64,000 nucleotides of DNA from Azolla caroliniana (GCA_043228905.1 JBHGNT010000014.1:19654001-19718000), one strand, 5' to 3'. Positions 46,760 through 61,274 are shown, numbered from the stretch's first letter. Program-made: numbers and translations. Notes: generated by a model from the sequence alone, not told the origin.

Positions 46760-47245
46760 CTCAATGTTGGACCTAATAGAAGATATTTGGTACATCTTAC
46801 TACCCCCATGAGCATGGGCTCTTGAAGAGCCTTAACACCTTCAAAAATGCTCACAAAAGTTATGTGGTGAGGTAGACTGGCATTATCACCCAAGTATGAA
46901 GACATGCAAGGTATGCAATGAAAACCTTGTGGATGATACATATCACTTACTTATCACATGCTCAACATATAATGTAATTCGTGAGAAGTATAATGACTTG
47001 TTAGATGAGCATGATAATTTAAATGTCATACTCAAATCTCCTCCACGAGGGGTGAGCACATATGTTTGTGAATTAGTTTACACGGACTTTTTACCACATA
47101 GAAGTACCTCCCCTCTTCAGAAGGATTCACACCCAAGGTGATTTGTTTATTTGGTTCCATTGGCCAACATTGGGCCCCTCTCGTAGACGATAAAAAAAAT
47201 CTATTGTATTCACTCTCGTGGACTCTCACCATGTATATGTATGTG
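46760..47245 (+). mobile_element. 3' fragment of a non-L1 (RTE/L2-like) LINE
   Basis: CKVC..VDDTYHLLITCSTYNVIREKY zinc motif followed by a short TATG-like tail. Confidence 0.55.
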
Positions 47246-47802
47246 TAACCTTTGATAGATGTGTTAAAAAGCTAGTAAGAAATTGCCAAATCTATATATA
47301 AACAAGAAAAGAATAGGGAGTTTTGTTCATATATTTAAGGATATTGTTTGCTCAATTTATATGGCGATGTAAATTGTAATATCGAAACATGAGAAAATAA
47401 GGGTACCGGCAAGAGCCTAGTTGAAAGCTTTTTGAAGGATGGAATAACAAATATGGGTTTATGAGAATAAAAGCTTAGCTTGTTCACCAGAGGTGCTATT
47501 GAATGTTAAAAGGGTTTGAGGTTGTGCACAATTATTGACTCAAAATGCTACAGTTCATATCACTTATTTTGATTTCCCCAAGTCAGAGTTTGTGTGAGGA
47601 TGTGAAATATTTTTAATCAATTCTAGAATTCATTGATAATTGATATCCATTGTTTTTTATTTAAAAGTATATATTGAGCATTCAACAACAAACTCACATG
47701 AAGAAACACCAAGCTACTAAGGCAAGGATTGGTTTCATGCTCTAGGTAATACAGTTGTAGTCACATGCTGAAGCAGACAATCTTGGTGCATGGTGTAATT
47801 TG

Positions 47803-48165
47803 TGTTACACCAACGTACGAGCGACAGGGAGCAACATCAAGATGTGATTAGTGATTGATCACAAGGATAGCTTGTGTATTCGCAAATACAAGCAATACGT
47901 GTCGGATACATTAGCCCCTTCGTATGTATGTATGTATGTATGTATGTACGTATCTAGGTATGTACATATGTATGTAACGTAATCTGGGTTACAATCGAAG
48001 TAGTATCGACATGGAGGAGAGTATCCAAGTGATCTGACTACGAGGATAGATTGAGTACAGGAAGACGAGCAAATGTGATTGGTATGTGCATGTGTAGAAG
48101 AGCATATCACTTATATTGTACCCCCAAAGAAACCCTAAACCCACCCCCCAAGGTTGATAATGAGG

Positions 48166-48209
<44 letters not shown>

Positions 48210-48356
48210 TATGTACTTCTCAACCATAATCATATGGCCAGGCAAAACTCATGTGTGCTCAGGACAATATCCTCTCTCTATAAATCCATATCTTCTCTCT
48301 AGAAAATATATTCTTCCCTCCCTATAAATTCAAATTCTCTCTTTTTCACAAACTCA

Positions 48357-48387
<31 letters not shown>

Positions 48388-49893
48388 TTCCCTAATCACT
48401 CCTTACTCACCTGTGATTATTTAACTTTCCCCTAATTATCTCCCCAACTCTCTCTAATCATCCCCTGATTACTTGGCTAATCACTCTTCACGGGTAGCTT
48501 CCCGCTCCCTAAACACTCCTTAATCACATGGATTAAATCTCCCTACATGTCCATACATTCTCCCTAATCACGCCTTAATTACTCCCCCCCTCTCTTACAT
48601 AACTAGCAGTGTATACTTTATAGCTACCCTATGATCTATGCTCGGAATAGTACTCTGATTTTCTCGCTCTATTTAATATGTATTCAGCTCATTTCGCGGA
48701 TTAAATAAATCTCTGTAAATCAGAGCATGTATGCGTTGCTCGCTCCTTAATTACTCGGATTAACGAGCTTGATTAGCACCCTCCTATGCTCATGAGCTCT
48801 GTCTCAATCATCAACAGATCATCCGAAACTAGTAGAAGAAAACTCCTACTCCCTTTAATGATGCTCCTAATCCTAATCAGCATTTGCTTGATTAATTGCT
48901 CATGCGGCAGCAGACCAAATAAAGGGACGACTTCAGGTTTGATTCTCCGATCACGTTTGAAGATTAATCTTTAACCTTCCTGGTTAGGGAAGATTGACGG
49001 AAGTAATTAACGCTTAATTACTGTGGTTAATGGCAGGGAGCAGCAGGCCGGAGGGGTGCGACCAGGGCGAGAATCTGCTCAAGGTATTAATTAATGAAGG
49101 GATTAATTAGTTCCTTTTTTTTCTGGTTTTCCTTGGAAATGCTTGATTTAAATGCAGAACCAGATAGGCCACTAAGAGCCTGCCACTTGTCGTGTTCTCA
49201 TTGGCTGGGCATCAGCATCGGTTTCACACTGGCGTGTGCTTTTGTCCGGCCGGACTCACACGAATCATGCTAAGCTTTCGTGTCCGTCTCCGTGTCCAAT
49301 TCACAAGTGTCGTGTCATTGCTTCCGTTCTTTCGCCCACGCTTCTCGTTGTCCCTCGGCCTAGTTTTTCTTCTCGTGGGTCTTTTTTTTTGTTCCGATCC
49401 TCGTGTTTCGTTTGTTCGCCACACTTATGATTTGATGCCATTAATTTGATCAATCAAGCCACTCTTCATGTTTTCGATCGCTCCGACAATCACATGTCTT
49501 TCCGTTCCGTACACACTTGACATGACAATCATTTTCGTTGGCTCCACTATTTTCCATTTTCAAATTGTCATACTTCCTCGTTCACACTTGTCGCCACACG
49601 TCTTCATTCACTCCACTGAATTTCTTATTTTGTCCACTATACTTCATTCCCTCCACCTGAATTTCCTATTTCGTCCACTATGCTTTATTCCCACACTTCT
49701 ATCTATCATCTTTCATTCCCTAACTTGTGACATCTCCAATGTCTAACTTTGGTATGTTTTCACCAGCCAACAAATATCAACTTTTGTTCACTAACTTGTT
49801 GACGATCCCCTGTTTCCGTTTGCCACACGTCTTGTGTTCTTTAATTTTAACTCACGTGTGACTAAGTATTGTTTATTAGGAGAGAAAACAACA
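47803..49893. mobile_element. Possible solo LTR or other interspersed repeat, about 2.1 kb
   Basis: TGTT...AACA termini, (CT)n tracts, many TAATCA/TTAATTA motifs; no TSD found. Confidence 0.3.
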
Positions 49894-50529
49894 ATATATC
49901 TATAACACTCTTCGACTTACATTAGACATGTTGCCATAAAAATAAGGCCACTGACACAGGAATGTGCAAAGGATTATGAGGTTGGACAGAAAAGAACTAT
50001 GAAGTAAGTGGGAGACAAGATTGAACCATTCTAGAATCGAAACAACACATTTGCCAAGTCATTTGACTCTCTAGGAATCTGGGCATCTATTCATATGTCT
50101 GTTTGAATACATAATATATAGGAAGACAATATGAAATGGGCCCAACTCTTTAAGAGGTGTATATTTGCCGACCATACCCCATGTTGCCATTCCCATCCCT
50201 TAAATAAACAAAATACTCTATTGGCTAAAGTTTCCACTAAAGTGCCCACTTTTAGTATGCTTAAAGAAAGTTTTCTTTTGTAGACTCCATTAGCCTAATT
50301 GTCATCCAATGTTGGCATCAACATTTAATACTCAATGTTATGTTAATGGTCAACGTCATGGTCTTTGCTTTTGCAGGAAAATTTGCATGTATATGTCGAC
50401 TACTCAAAGGACGGATACCACAAGCCACCTGCATCCACAAATCCCCATCCAGGGCCCATCAACAATGTGAAAAAACCCTCTCCTTCCTTAAAACCTTAAT
50501 ACATCGAAACATCTTGATCATCAAGACTT

Positions 50530-50975
50530 CTATCTCATCATGTTATTCATGCATGGGTTTATGTTGGGATTTGCTTTGTTTTTTCCTTATAACATAAACA
50601 ATTGTCCAAATTATCCCTATAGTGTTTCTTAACCAAATATGTGGCTTCCAAAAATCCTAATTTCTGATCTCAAAATATCACATCGTGAGTCATTTTACTA
50701 GCTCAAATATGTGTACCTTGGCCTCACTCCAACGAATAAACCATTTGAATCAAATCCACCATTCAAACCATCATCATTGTCAGTATCTCATGATATTCAT
50801 GCATGAGTTGTTGTTGGAGTTTGCTCTCATTTTCCCTTGTAAACTAAGCAATGCCCCAAACGTCCTTATTGACTTGCTCAAGCAAACAAAGAATTTCAGG
50901 TAATTATCTCAAAATATCATATCATGATTCTCTTTTTATTGGCTCGAACACCTATACCTAGGCCTCACCTTCAAC
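50530..50975. repeat. Degenerate tandem duplication, unit about 250 bp
   Basis: ATCTCAAAATATCA and GGCCTCAC blocks occur twice at similar spacing. Confidence 0.6.
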
Positions 50976-52829
50976 GCTTGTGTACACTTTAAGACACATT
51001 TGTCTTTGTCGCTCGCAAGTACAATCCTTGTAGCTTGGGATATGTTAGCACTTGTTCCCTTGAATGCCTAAGCTTGTACATCACCTTTTCTCAATGTCTT
51101 GATTCACACTTCTCTATTTCTCTTTCTATTTGAGATTGTCATTTCTCTCACATGGGCCTTTGTTTGTATCCCCGAGGAAGTTTTAACTATATTCATACTT
51201 TATGTGAAGATGATATGATTACAAAAAGGCTACAATGACACTTTCTTACATAATGAAGAGTTTGCTTCCACTATGTACAATTAGTACTTACTTCCACGCT
51301 TTTGTCCATTCATTTGTTTAGTTAAATGGATAAGTTTGTTCATCAAACTCATTAATTACTTCAATTTGCACCCTTGCATGTTTAGTTAAATGGATAAGTT
51401 TTAATTCATTTGTGATGGATATTAACTCTCTTCTGTACTATAGGGATGAATAGTTTGTACAACATGTAAAACATGGTAGTGGAACATTGAGCATCTTCAT
51501 TAGCTCTATTTATGTTTCTCTTCATATCTCATTCCTCAAGTAATCTTGTGGCAAGTAGTAGGACTATTTCTCATGTGAAGTTTGAACCACCCTTGAAACG
51601 TTTATTACTATTTGTACAATTGTAGGTGTGCAAACTTACAAAATGGTTTGCAAATTTATGATTGGCAACGTACGCTTGTATTGGAAGTATATTTGTAAAT
51701 TTTAGTGGGAAAGGAAATTTGGAAATTTCCTAAAACTCAACTAGAATTTCCCTATTCATTGATGCGGTCATCCTACAAATTTTGACATATATGAGAGAAT
51801 TATAAAAAAACAATACCAAGAGTAACGTTTAATGTTGGGAAAATCTTTGTAAAATTGATTTGACTACGTAACAATCCATTTTCCCTTTGTACACTCTGTC
51901 GTGGACATCTAATTTATGATAGAGCAGTAAAGTCATGATTGGAAAGGAGGGGAAACCAAGGAGAGGGAGGTCTATAACTATGATGATAACTTCTTGATTG
52001 ATGATTTGATAGTTTCCTTCATGTTACAGTTGGATACTTTTATGGTTTTTTCCTAGGTCAATTCTAATGAACCGATAAGGTTCATTCTTACATATACACC
52101 TAGGATTCATTCTTACATATACACCTAGGATTCATCTATATCATTGTGCTCACTTAACTTTAGCCTGTGACGATTAAATTATGATTGTAGTTGGGCTTAG
52201 CATTCACATCCATGGACCTTGATTCATGTTGTCAAGCACAAGGTCTCCTAAATTACCAACATCAATGCCTTATAATGTAGACTTTAATTAGCAAAGTCCA
52301 TATTTATTGGCATAAAGAAGCCATAATCATCATTCCCCTAACGTCAAAGCAAAATCAAAACAATTCACTCTAATCTTGACTATTTGATTATTTTACTAGG
52401 TTAACATGTCTCCAAAGGATCAACCCATGATATTTACGAAAATCCTAGGGAAAGTTTTGACTAACTATTACTCTTTAGTATTTCGTTGATTTGAGCAACT
52501 TTATGCAATTTGTAATAAAAAAAGTGTTTCACTATATGGAAGTTTTGATTTTGGAAATTTTGACAATAGATGGGCATTGATTAGGTGTACACATCCAATA
52601 TGCATCAACAAGGTAAAATGTACCACATAACATCAAATTTGCAAGTTATAAGACCTTGATAGTATGGAAACTTTTGCTCTACTATGTAGAGTTTAGCTTA
52701 TTCTTGATGAAAACTACTCGTACTTGCTTATTTTGTTGTATAAACTATATGAATCTTTCAAAAAGACTTATCTTGTTGGTCGTGAAGGTAATGTTTATGA
52801 CGGTTAATAAATAATACTTCATTGAACGG

Positions 52830-53120
52830 TATACTCATGAATTTTGGTCCAAACTTCTCGACAACATAAAGCTACATATATATGTATTCATATTGTTTGA
52901 CACAAATTATGGATGCAAAATATGTAGTCAAATTTTCTCATGAGTTTAGGCCCAAACTTCTCGATAAAATAAAGTTTTACACATGTGCATTCATATTGTT
53001 TGACATGAATTATGGATGCATCATTCATTGTCAATTTCTCTCGTTAATTTGGGTCCAAACTTCTCGGAAACATGGAAGTTACACAATGCGTTCATATTGT
53101 TTCACATTTTTGGATAAATA
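52830..53120. repeat. Tandem repeat, 3 copies of about 103 bp
   Basis: CCAAACTTCTCG...TTCATATTGTTT repeated three times. Confidence 0.8.
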
Positions 53121-54929
53121 TTATGCCCTATGAAGCCTATTAAATTCCCGATCAAAACTCACCATAAAAATTTATTAAAGCATGCAATACACCATAAAAA
53201 ATTAAATCTCTCTTCTATGGAGCATCCATTAAAGTAATGAATTGTGACGATATTTGAAATGCATGAAGGTAGTATACTACTATCATCAAATTATGCTAGA
53301 TTTTGTAATAGGAGAAATGGTCATCGTTGCATGACCATATTGCGTGTTTCTTTTTTTGTTTGTTTGAAATATTCCAAGGAAATCCCCTATCAATTGAGAA
53401 ATCTTAGAACTTCTTGTAATATGTTTCCAAACATATACCTTCATTGTACGTGACATCTGTCTTCATTCTAGGGAAGTATTGTTTTTTATCAAGATCTATC
53501 TTAAGGTTTTCATCCCATCCATACTCTTGATTGCATGTCACTGGAATGTCTTGCTCATCCATGGGTCCTACTTCGTTTACGATGTGCTTTCCCCTATCTT
53601 CGTGTAACTATTCCTCCAAAAAGAAGAGAAAAATGGCAACAAGATATTAAATGAAAATGTGGCATATTGATTTCATACTCTAAATATAAAGACAATTCAT
53701 GACAAATACTAACCTCTTTGTTGGATACTCTAATATGTCTATTTTGTTCACCTGAAATGATCGGCAGATGTACTTCTTAAAGTAGTTATACATTTACATC
53801 AACATGTAGTCTTGTAGATCTTAGTCTATGAAGATATAATGTTTATTGCCATTCTAGCCCTTTCAGCAAATTAGATGCTATAATATATTATGTTTATCAT
53901 CATCATAACCCTTTCTTTGGAAATAGAGACCATGTATAATAATAACACGTGAAGGATAAACATCAATCGAATTGAAATTCTATGAATTTACGTGCCATAC
54001 ATCAAACAACACAATTTTCTCTACACATGCCGATGATTAAAACCTCTAGTGCAATAATACCTGAAAGATTTGGACCATTTCCATGCTTTAGTTTAGGGCA
54101 ACCATCGAAATCTACAAATCAAGCAACAAAGTTTGACAACCTCAAATTGGAATGCCCACTAATAAATATAGTGACTACATGCTTGCCAAGAGTAATAGGA
54201 TGGTCATGGTTGCTTACCCAAATATGTTGGCTATGTTTTTGCTTTATACTAATCAAATACAATAGTCACAAAATGTATGCCCAACTAAAAGAGTTACTTT
54301 GCTCTAATTATTCACCTAAAGGATAAACATAGAGATTTTAGTGATGAGTAATGAGAATGTACTTCGCAAACGATGAAGTCCTTCATTAAACTCTTTAATT
54401 GTGATGTTACCCGGTCCAACATCGAAAAACCTAAAGAAGATAAAAGAATGAGGGAAAAAGTAGGCATACAAACATATGCTTATACGTACATACATGCACA
54501 CATACCTAAACCTAGACCTAGACATCTAACTAGAATCATGCACACATTAGCAAGCATGACAATGTTAGACACATGCATATACAAATAAACACACACACAA
54601 ATATACGAACACATCAACATACCTAGAGACATTAACACTCATACATAATAGCCCATAATCATATTCAACATCAACCACTATATATCATTTCCGCACATAT
54701 AATTATTCACATGAAACCCAAAAACATTTGACACTAGAGGGCAAAGAGAGATTAATTAAGCATGGTTAATCTTTTGAAGATTTGTTGTATCAATGGCACA
54801 ATGATTGAGTTTAACTTTAGATGAGAGAAAGAAAGAAAGATATATTAACGTCTTCTAAGGCCAAATTTTGGCCCATGAGACAATTGTTGTACAATAAAAT
54901 AGGGTGTCTACCCAATCATCAAAATACAA

Positions 54930-54975
<46 letters not shown>

Positions 54976-55399
54976 GGTATGATACCTTAAGAAGAGATCC
55001 ATGTCGGCAATGGTAGGGGGTCGGCAAAGAACATCGGAGATGATGGACGGGAGCAAAGCCCTGCGGATTTGCGTTGAAGGGTTAGGATTGGGGTTTTTAG
55101 TGCAAGAGTTATCATTACAAGGATTGCTCCTTGCCACCCTTTGAAATGCACGTAGAAACTCCTCCAATCCAACATGGTGGAGACATTTCCCTTCCATGCA
55201 AGATGAGGAGGCCTCAGACTTCCTCTTCACCCTCGTCCCCATCATATGTTCATCACCCAACATGGTTAGCCCAAAGAACGTGGACATCTCTCTCTCTATC
55301 TCTCTCCACCTTTTGGCCTTGTATACCCTGCATAACCTCCTCTCGCATCATCCCAACGTCTTCTCATGATCAATTATGTCATCATCTATCCTCTCCTCG

Positions 55400-55885
55400 T
55401 GCCCCCAAGAAAAACACACCCCAATTGTAACCAAAAGAACACATACCCCTCAACTTCCTTGGTATTTACACAAACTACCCCTCTCTTGTTGGCCATTTTA
55501 CTATATATCGTTCTGGAATACAAAAGAGGCATTGTGGGTAGCTTTGTGGCATTTAAATACCCCACTGCCTCGAGAGCACTCACTATACCCCCTAACTACT
55601 TGGGTATTTACTATGTAATACGTGGAAAAAAAGACATAGTAGTGTTATAGTAGTTTTTGACAAATTGTGCCTCACTTTTGTATTTACTACTATATATCAT
55701 TTAAGAACACAAACAAGCTACTCTAGTGGCGATATTTCAACGTTGATATACCCCCTAACTTTATAGGTGCTCTTTGTATGATGCATAAAAGGAAATACTT
55801 AGGAACATTACATTAGTTTCTGACAAATTCGGAGATTGTGATAACTACCAAGGGATGCCTAGGGGTATTTTTACTGTTTTTCCAT
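55400..55885. mobile_element. Possible MULE-like terminal sequence
   Basis: Repeated TACCCC/GGGTA motifs ending GGGTATTTTTACTGTTTTTCC. A similar-style end lies at about 60960-61210. Partner TIRs were not identified. Confidence 0.3.
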
Positions 55886-56083
55886 ATAAAACAATCATCC
55901 TTGTGAAAGGATTATATAGATATATAGCATATAATATAATCTAATCTTTCTTGTAAATTAGTTTATTTGTACATGACTATGATATTGATAAGGCAACAAT
56001 TTAGTCTTTCTTCTTGGATTACTTTATTTATATACATTTATTCTACAATATAATAAATATTTCCAAAAATTTATCCATCTCTT

Positions 56084-56290
56084 TTTTTTTTTTCAAAATG
56101 AAGCTACTTTCCCATTAGTTAGGAAGGATTATTACAAAAAGACTGTACACGGGGCTTATATACAAATCGAGAAATCTCCCTCCGAACAAGTACAAGAAAA
56201 TGAGATTAGTTACTTAGCATAACGGGTTGACTACTCAATATAAGCAGATACCTATAGCTAAAAATGGTGCCCGTCAATTTTGGCTAAAAA
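56084..56290 (-). mobile_element. Short polyadenylated retroposon (5'-truncated LINE end or SINE)
   Basis: Poly-T on the plus strand at 56082-56093; 13-bp TSD TTATCCATCTCTT at 56071-56083 and 56291-56303. Confidence 0.8.
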
Positions 56291-57057
56291 TTATCCATCT
56301 CTTACTATATTTACTATATAGATAGATATATGTACATAGATGTATGTATAGTATTTGTACTTACAATCAAACGCAACCACCTCGAACTTTTCACACTAGA
56401 TCAAAGAATACTTCATTACTTTCAAAGCATTTTTCAGGTGGAAAGTAAATGTGCCTATTTTGCCCTAACACATTTGTCAATCCGATCCCATCCTCATAGT
56501 CACGTCTCTCACAATCACAATGTGTGATCTCAATTGAAGCATTCGTTAGTAAAATGCTTGATCATTGAGAGTCAATAAACTCGTAACATGTTGACAAAAA
56601 ATGTTTCACATTTGGTCTCATTGGTTATACTTGGCCTCCGAAAACGATAATATCTATTAATATCTATTTATCCATTTATCATCGTTTTGATCAACAAAAT
56701 TTTCTCCTCTTTCTTTTGCCATAATGTAAAGAAGTTAGGTAAACCTTGATTGCCTTTTCGCCGAAAAAGCAATAGAAAAAAGTTATGAATACAAGAAAGA
56801 AGAAACCGCAAGTTATGAATACAAGAAAAAAGTTATGCCCTAGATTATTCTTCATGAAGTAAGTTCTAAAGTTTGTTTAGCTTTTCATATTTACTTAGTT
56901 ATATTTATTAACTAGCAGAACATGACTTGGCACATGTGTAACCAATGATTTAATGGTTTCCACTTCTCTGTTTCCATCGCATTAAGTACATAATGCCTAT
57001 ATACATGAAGTGTTGCATGTCACTACCTGAATCTTTGGTGCTTTGGGTAGCATGGTC

Positions 57058-58939
57058 TGTTATTCCTGGGCTGGACAAGCCACTAACACAAGGTGTCCTT
57101 CCGGAACACTTCACCAAAGGGGTGATGTGGTAAGGGATGGAAGGACCGTAAAACAGAGTCGTCCCTCTTCGATTGTTATTTGGATCGATTAGTTACGCGC
57201 GTAGAATAAACATTATTAAGCACAGAATGGAAATAACAGGATAGACAAGATATGAAAATAACAACACTTCTCTATTCATTATCCATCCCTGATTACATCA
57301 TATCTAAATCCTTTTATAGGTATCCGGCTGTGTTACAAACCGGTGCCAACCGGCAATCGACTACGAACAGTCCGGATCTGGATCGGCATACCGATTCCGG
57401 GTCTGTCCGTTCAATCTTATAATTATAATAATTCATTCTTATTACAACTCCCTTTATCCCAAAACCGGCTCCCCTTTCATACTTTAGCCTAACCGACCAA
57501 CACATGGCACGCCCGTGTGACAGTACCTTGTACGTCGAACCCACGGGTTATCCCCTTCACTCATTTTCCAAAATATCTATGGTCCAGGGGTTCCAACGGT
57601 TCAGTTGCTCCATCTCCTTTTGTTGATGCTGCTCTGATTGTTGTTGCTGATGTTGTTGCTCTCCGGCCTGATCCTCCTCTCCGGCTTCATACGCTCCTGG
57701 CTCTAGGGGTCTCGGCCCCTCCGGCTCTGTCTCCTTCGTCCTTGGTGTCACCTGTTGCTCCTGTTCTGCTTCTGCTGGCTCTTCTAGTCTAGCTACTTCC
57801 GATTGCTCCCCTTGGGCTTAGTCTAGCTGAGCTCCGCCGGTTCCGACTACATTCGGTGGTTGCTCCTGAGATTGCTCTCCGTCACTTATGTTGATTGCCG
57901 CTATCATTTGCGATGCCATCTGCCATCTACTCTCCCGCTCATACCGCTCAAATTGGAGTTGAGTGGCAAGCTGGACATCATCCAACTGTTCTACTAGTCG
58001 CCTCACAACCGCCAATTGTTCCCCTACTAGGGACAAGAAATCGTCTGACAACTCTTCCCGGATGGTTACAATGCTCTCCGCATCCATCTTGTAGAAGTCG
58101 TCACCGTCCTTTCTTCAGTTTTCCGCATCCGCTCGCAGCGTCTGTAATTCCGCAGCTTGTTGTGCCCATTTTCACCACCATTGCACCGAGCTTTCACCAA
58201 ATATACTCTTTGTCCTTTCTTTCCATGCTAGCACAATGGCGCGGATCCGGTTGTGCCTGCTAGTAAGCCTCCTGCTTCCTCAGCCTCTCAGCCAGTCTTT
58301 TTGCTCATTCGACGACTAGGTCGTTCGTTGGCCTAGTCATCCATTCCCCCGTTGTTCACTGCTTTTTGCAAGAATCGTGGTCGCCAAAACTGTGTTAATC
58401 CTGGGCTAGACAAGCCACTAACACAGGGTGTCCTTCCGGAGCACTTCACCAAAGGGTGGTGCAGTAAGGGATGGAAGGACCGTAACACAGAGTCGTCCCT
58501 CTTCGATTGTTATCCGGATCGATTAGTTATGCGCATAGAATAAACATTATTAAGCACAGAACGGAAATAACATGATAGACCAAGATATGAAAATAACAAC
58601 ACTTCTCTACTCATTATCCGTCCCTAATTACATCATATCCGGATCCTTTTATTGGTATCTGGCTGTCTTACAAACCGATGCCAACCGGCAACCGGCTACG
58701 AACCAGTCCGGATCCCGATCGGCATACCGATTACGGGTCCGTCCGTTCGATCTTATAATTATAATAATTAATTCTTATTACAACTCTATTTATCCCAAAA
58801 CCGGCTCCCCTTTCATTCTTTAGCATACCAATTCTGGGTCTGTCCGTTCGATCTTATAATTATAATAATTAATTCTTATTACAACTCCCTTTATCCCAAA
58901 ACTGGCTCCCCTTTCATACTTTAGCCTAACCGGCCAACA
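57058..58939 (-). mobile_element. Complete miniature non-autonomous LTR element (TRIM-like)
   Basis: LTRs 57058-57502 and 58393-58939 (the latter with an internal duplication of about 100 bp); TGTT..AACA termini; 5-bp TSD TGGTC; 890-bp internal region with broken minus-strand ORFs; minus-strand TATAAAA at 57312-57318. Confidence 0.93.
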
Positions 58940-61274
58940 TGGTCTACATTTATTATAATCAAAATGAGGATAATACATTAAACGAAATCACCATAAGAAA
59001 TAAAACCTTATTTTTAATTAGGAATTGTATCATATTTGCTATTGCCTCTCCTTAAGTTTTGTACAATAATCTTTGTAGGGATTTCTACAATGTTTATCGT
59101 TGTTATTCTCAACAACTTTATGAGTAAATATGTTACTATTGTGTAATGGAAAGGGGATAGTTGTCTATGGTGACTCCATAGATGTCATACATAAACATGG
59201 AAGCACTTAGTTACTCAATACAAATCTATTATACATCGACAAACTTGAATTGTTGGCCTTCTGTTAAGCTAAATACTTTGGAAAACATGTGTCTCATTTG
59301 ACACTACATTTGGTCAAGTTTTGACCCATTCAACACCCGATCTTAGTGATTGATCATTCTACACGTGAAAGGCAAATGTGTATCTCTTAACCAAAGCATT
59401 AACCATCAAAACATGCTTATAATACAATTCAATGGTCACAAACTTTACGTCAAGCTTCCTTTGTTTAGGACATAGTTACAACATAAAAATTGACACATCA
59501 ATTAAATCAATAGTCATTAATAACTTGAAAACAACAAAAGATGAAGAGGTTAAATTTTATAATACATGGCTTATTCCAAACTAAAATATCAAGCATGATA
59601 AACATTGTGTTGTTTTATTAGTTGACAAAAGAAGGTATGGAAAACAAATTTGCAAAATCAAGAGATGAAAGGACCCTTGAGTCCCATGGAGAACTCTCTA
59701 TAATAAACAAGAGATGATATTCTCCACAAATTAGCATGGCTTGAGGCTGCACATCATACATAAAACCAACAATCTTCAAGCGGTCTACTAACATTGACTA
59801 ACAATACGGATTCAAGAAAAGCTTATGATTGCAAAACCTTCTCATATGACAATGTGTGTTGTTGAGCACAAATGGGAGGGTTGCAATGTAAATGGTGGAC
59901 ATACTATGGTGGATTGTTTCCCATGAAAATCATTGGAAAGGTTGAAATAATATGTCAATTTAGGTGTTGAGTGTGGAGCCATTAACTTACCTAGTAGCCC
60001 ATCCATCCATATTCTCTTTTCATCAATCCTTTGCATTATATATTGGCGATTAGAAGATGTGCAACCCACGGTATTTTATCTACATCTTATATAGCAAGTC
60101 TTTTTTTATTAGTCGTCATAATCTTCCAATGTGCAACCCGAGGTGCACATTTCCTACATCTTGTACCATTTGCTTTTTTGATTGGTCATGGTAACTCCAA
60201 TGCAAGAATACAACTAGGTATACCCTTCCTTCAAGCAAGACACTCAATCCTAGAGCTCTCGGTGCACTAGCTTGTACCTTCATCAAGAGCGGACACTTTA
60301 AAATGTTTGCAAAAGTTGATGGAAAAAAGGGGAAATTTCAATTTTCAAATATATCTTATGTTTTCATACCCTTTGTAAAAGTTGCAAATATTAAGGTATG
60401 CCCTTTGTCAACAAAGGGAAAAGTAGTTATATCATCTCGGGCCTTTAATATTAACTTTTACACTTTCGCTCAAGTCTATAATTAATTTGATTGCTTTTCG
60501 CTTTGTTGACTAAGGGAATTCCTGGATATTTCGAAAAACACATAGATCGCTCAATACGAAGGGAATCTTTACAACATTTGTCTACCCATTTGAAACATTG
60601 GGTTTCTACATTGTTGAATGGAAGAAGGTATCATCATACCTACTCGTCTTGTTGTAACATTCTCATGGCTTGGCCCATGATATAAAATGGCAAGAAAAAT
60701 CCAAGAAGTCGAAGTATGGAAACCTGTCATTGTGAAATGAAACTTGAGAACATCAATATACAAAATAATTTATTGGCAAAATCTTGAAAGAGTTTGACGC
60801 AACAATCATTACCCATACAAGCATTGAGCGATCAACATCTTCCGTTGAAGCCGCCACAATGATTCCATGGAGGAATAATAGTAAAGTCATCAACTATCAT
60901 TTCATAGGCAAGCCTTCATTAGCACATAAGTTTTAAATACATCTAAGTTGTTAGGTAGGAGCTAGAATACCTCTAGGTTATCAAAAATTACCCAAATACC
61001 CTTCCATTGTTCATATAATTATAATTTACAAAAATAGCCTTGAGTTTTCAAAAACTACCAATTCACCTAGTGGTAGTAAGTATTGAACTTAAAGAGGGGT
61101 ATTCAAGCAATTGTATACCATGGAGGGGAGATTTTGAAGTTTTTTAAAACTTAGAGTTGGAACTTGGTACTTTGGAAAACATGTAACTTAGGGAAATTTT
61201 GCTCTTTGCCTAAATTCAATACAAATGGTCATTTTCTAGACCTTTGTTCAAAGAAAAATGATGGAGACACTTAC

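Noticed and set aside
47792-47811. Hairpin GGTGTAA..TTACACC as a Helitron 3' end
   Set aside because: No CTRR terminus at the expected distance.
56950-58990. Hydrophobic reading frame across the empty site of the mini-LTR element as the missing RING-CH exon
   Set aside because: Preceded by an in-frame stop, no suitable AG acceptor and no convincing similarity.
59560-60900. Possible decayed transposase
   Set aside because: No catalytic or zinc motif could be read with confidence in any frame.
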